DNA from: Octopus bimaculoides | Taxonomy: Eukaryota | Reading direction: 5' to 3' | DNA length: 64,000 bases | NCBI RefSeq assembly: GCF_001194135.2 | Contig: NC_068987.1 | Location: 76,662,896-76,726,895, forward strand | In this document: piece by piece, positions 63,310 to 64,000 of the stretch | Layout: the number at the start of each line of letters is the position of its first letter | Position numbering within the stretch: position 1 is the first letter of the stretch | Notes under the pieces: generated by a model | Databases searched by the model: none | What the model saw: only the letters and a program-made list of their open reading frames with translations | What the model was told of the DNA's origin: nothing | Translations under genes and position numbers: made by a program

Positions 63310-63777
63310 GTTACTCTCATTTGTGTTTCTTACCTTGAGGTTCATCCGGAACTCTTGAAGAAGGAGATCCAGTTTTGTTTGTGAAAAAGCTTACATCCAC
63401 ACCATGCAGGTCTCCCAGGCTTTGTGAGAGGATGTTGAAGAGCTGTGGGCCTTTGAAGCTCAAGCTGTAGCAGTATTTGGTTTTGTATCCTGATGGCAAT
63501 GTTGATGCTTTTGGTATTATACAGTGCTGCCCCATCCTGCTGTTCATGTAACTGACAGTGCCAAAGTTTGGCACAGGCTTTTCCAGATGTATATTACTGC
63601 ATATCTTTCCCGCCTTCACTCCAGGGAATAGAATCTTAACTCTTCCAGTCTCTCCCAGTGGCTGATATGTCACTTGTGTTGGTAGTGCTGGGCTTGGAAT
63701 TTCCAGCATTAAACTGCATGTTATTTCCCTTAGCCCACCTGTATATTGCCCCCATCTCATGTTGTAGATGCACTGTA

Positions 63778-63780
<3 letters not shown>
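63310..63780 (-). mobile_element. CR1/L2-type LINE 3' region, decayed
   Basis: LQHEMGAIYRWAKGNNMQFN and CIIPK..SLSFKGPQLFNIL..RVPDEP. Confidence 0.7.
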
Positions 63781-63809
<29 letters not shown>

Positions 63810-64000
63810 GGGAGAATATACAAATAATAACAACAGACGAGGACAGGTGGTGTAAATAACAAAAGTATATATTAGTATGACGCTCGGGAATACGGAAAGT
63901 CTTTGACGTTTCGAGCTACGCTCTTCAACAGAAAGAATACGGAGACAAGGAGAAAAACACGGAGGAAAAAAATTGAATAGTGTTCAGTCAACGGTCAATC
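63810..64000 (-). mobile_element. Penelope-like terminal-repeat fragment
   Basis: Homologous to 4143-4320; carries a hammerhead-like motif; runs off the window. Confidence 0.55.
63900..63936 (-). ncRNA. Minimal type I hammerhead-like motif with A6U core variant
   Basis: UCUUU-CUGUUGA-A-GAGC GUA GCUC-GAAA-CG-UC-AAAGA; stem I 5 bp, stem II 4 bp, palindromic ACGU stem III, GUC site. Confidence 0.65.

Overview
AT-rich, repeat-dense animal genomic DNA with many N-gaps sitting on (TA)n tracts. The repeat repertoire and microsatellite-laden introns point to a coleoid cephalopod, most likely Octopus (inference, not database-checked). Only one host gene is supported: an SLC35F6-like transporter on the minus strand, with two exons (53326-53481 and 32856-33167) separated by a ~20 kb intron. 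Its upstream exons appear to lie beyond the window and its last exon is uncertain. The rest is transposon-derived: four tRNA-related SINE types (labelled A-D here), decayed RTE, CR1/L2 and R4/Dong LINE pieces, mariner and hAT transposase relics, piggyBac- and Tigger-like MITEs, and simple repeats. Two themes stand out. First, two independent ~300 bp retro-insertions sit at the identical nucleotide of the SINE-A tRNA-like head, each with a TSD, suggesting a sequence-specific non-LTR element that targets a SINE. Second, there are about eight type I hammerhead ribozyme motifs or relics from several unrelated Penelope-like repeat families, including a family-level non-canonical core (A6U). All alignments and folds were done by eye. 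Repeat boundaries are approximate; splice sites, TSDs and ribozyme coordinates were counted base by base.
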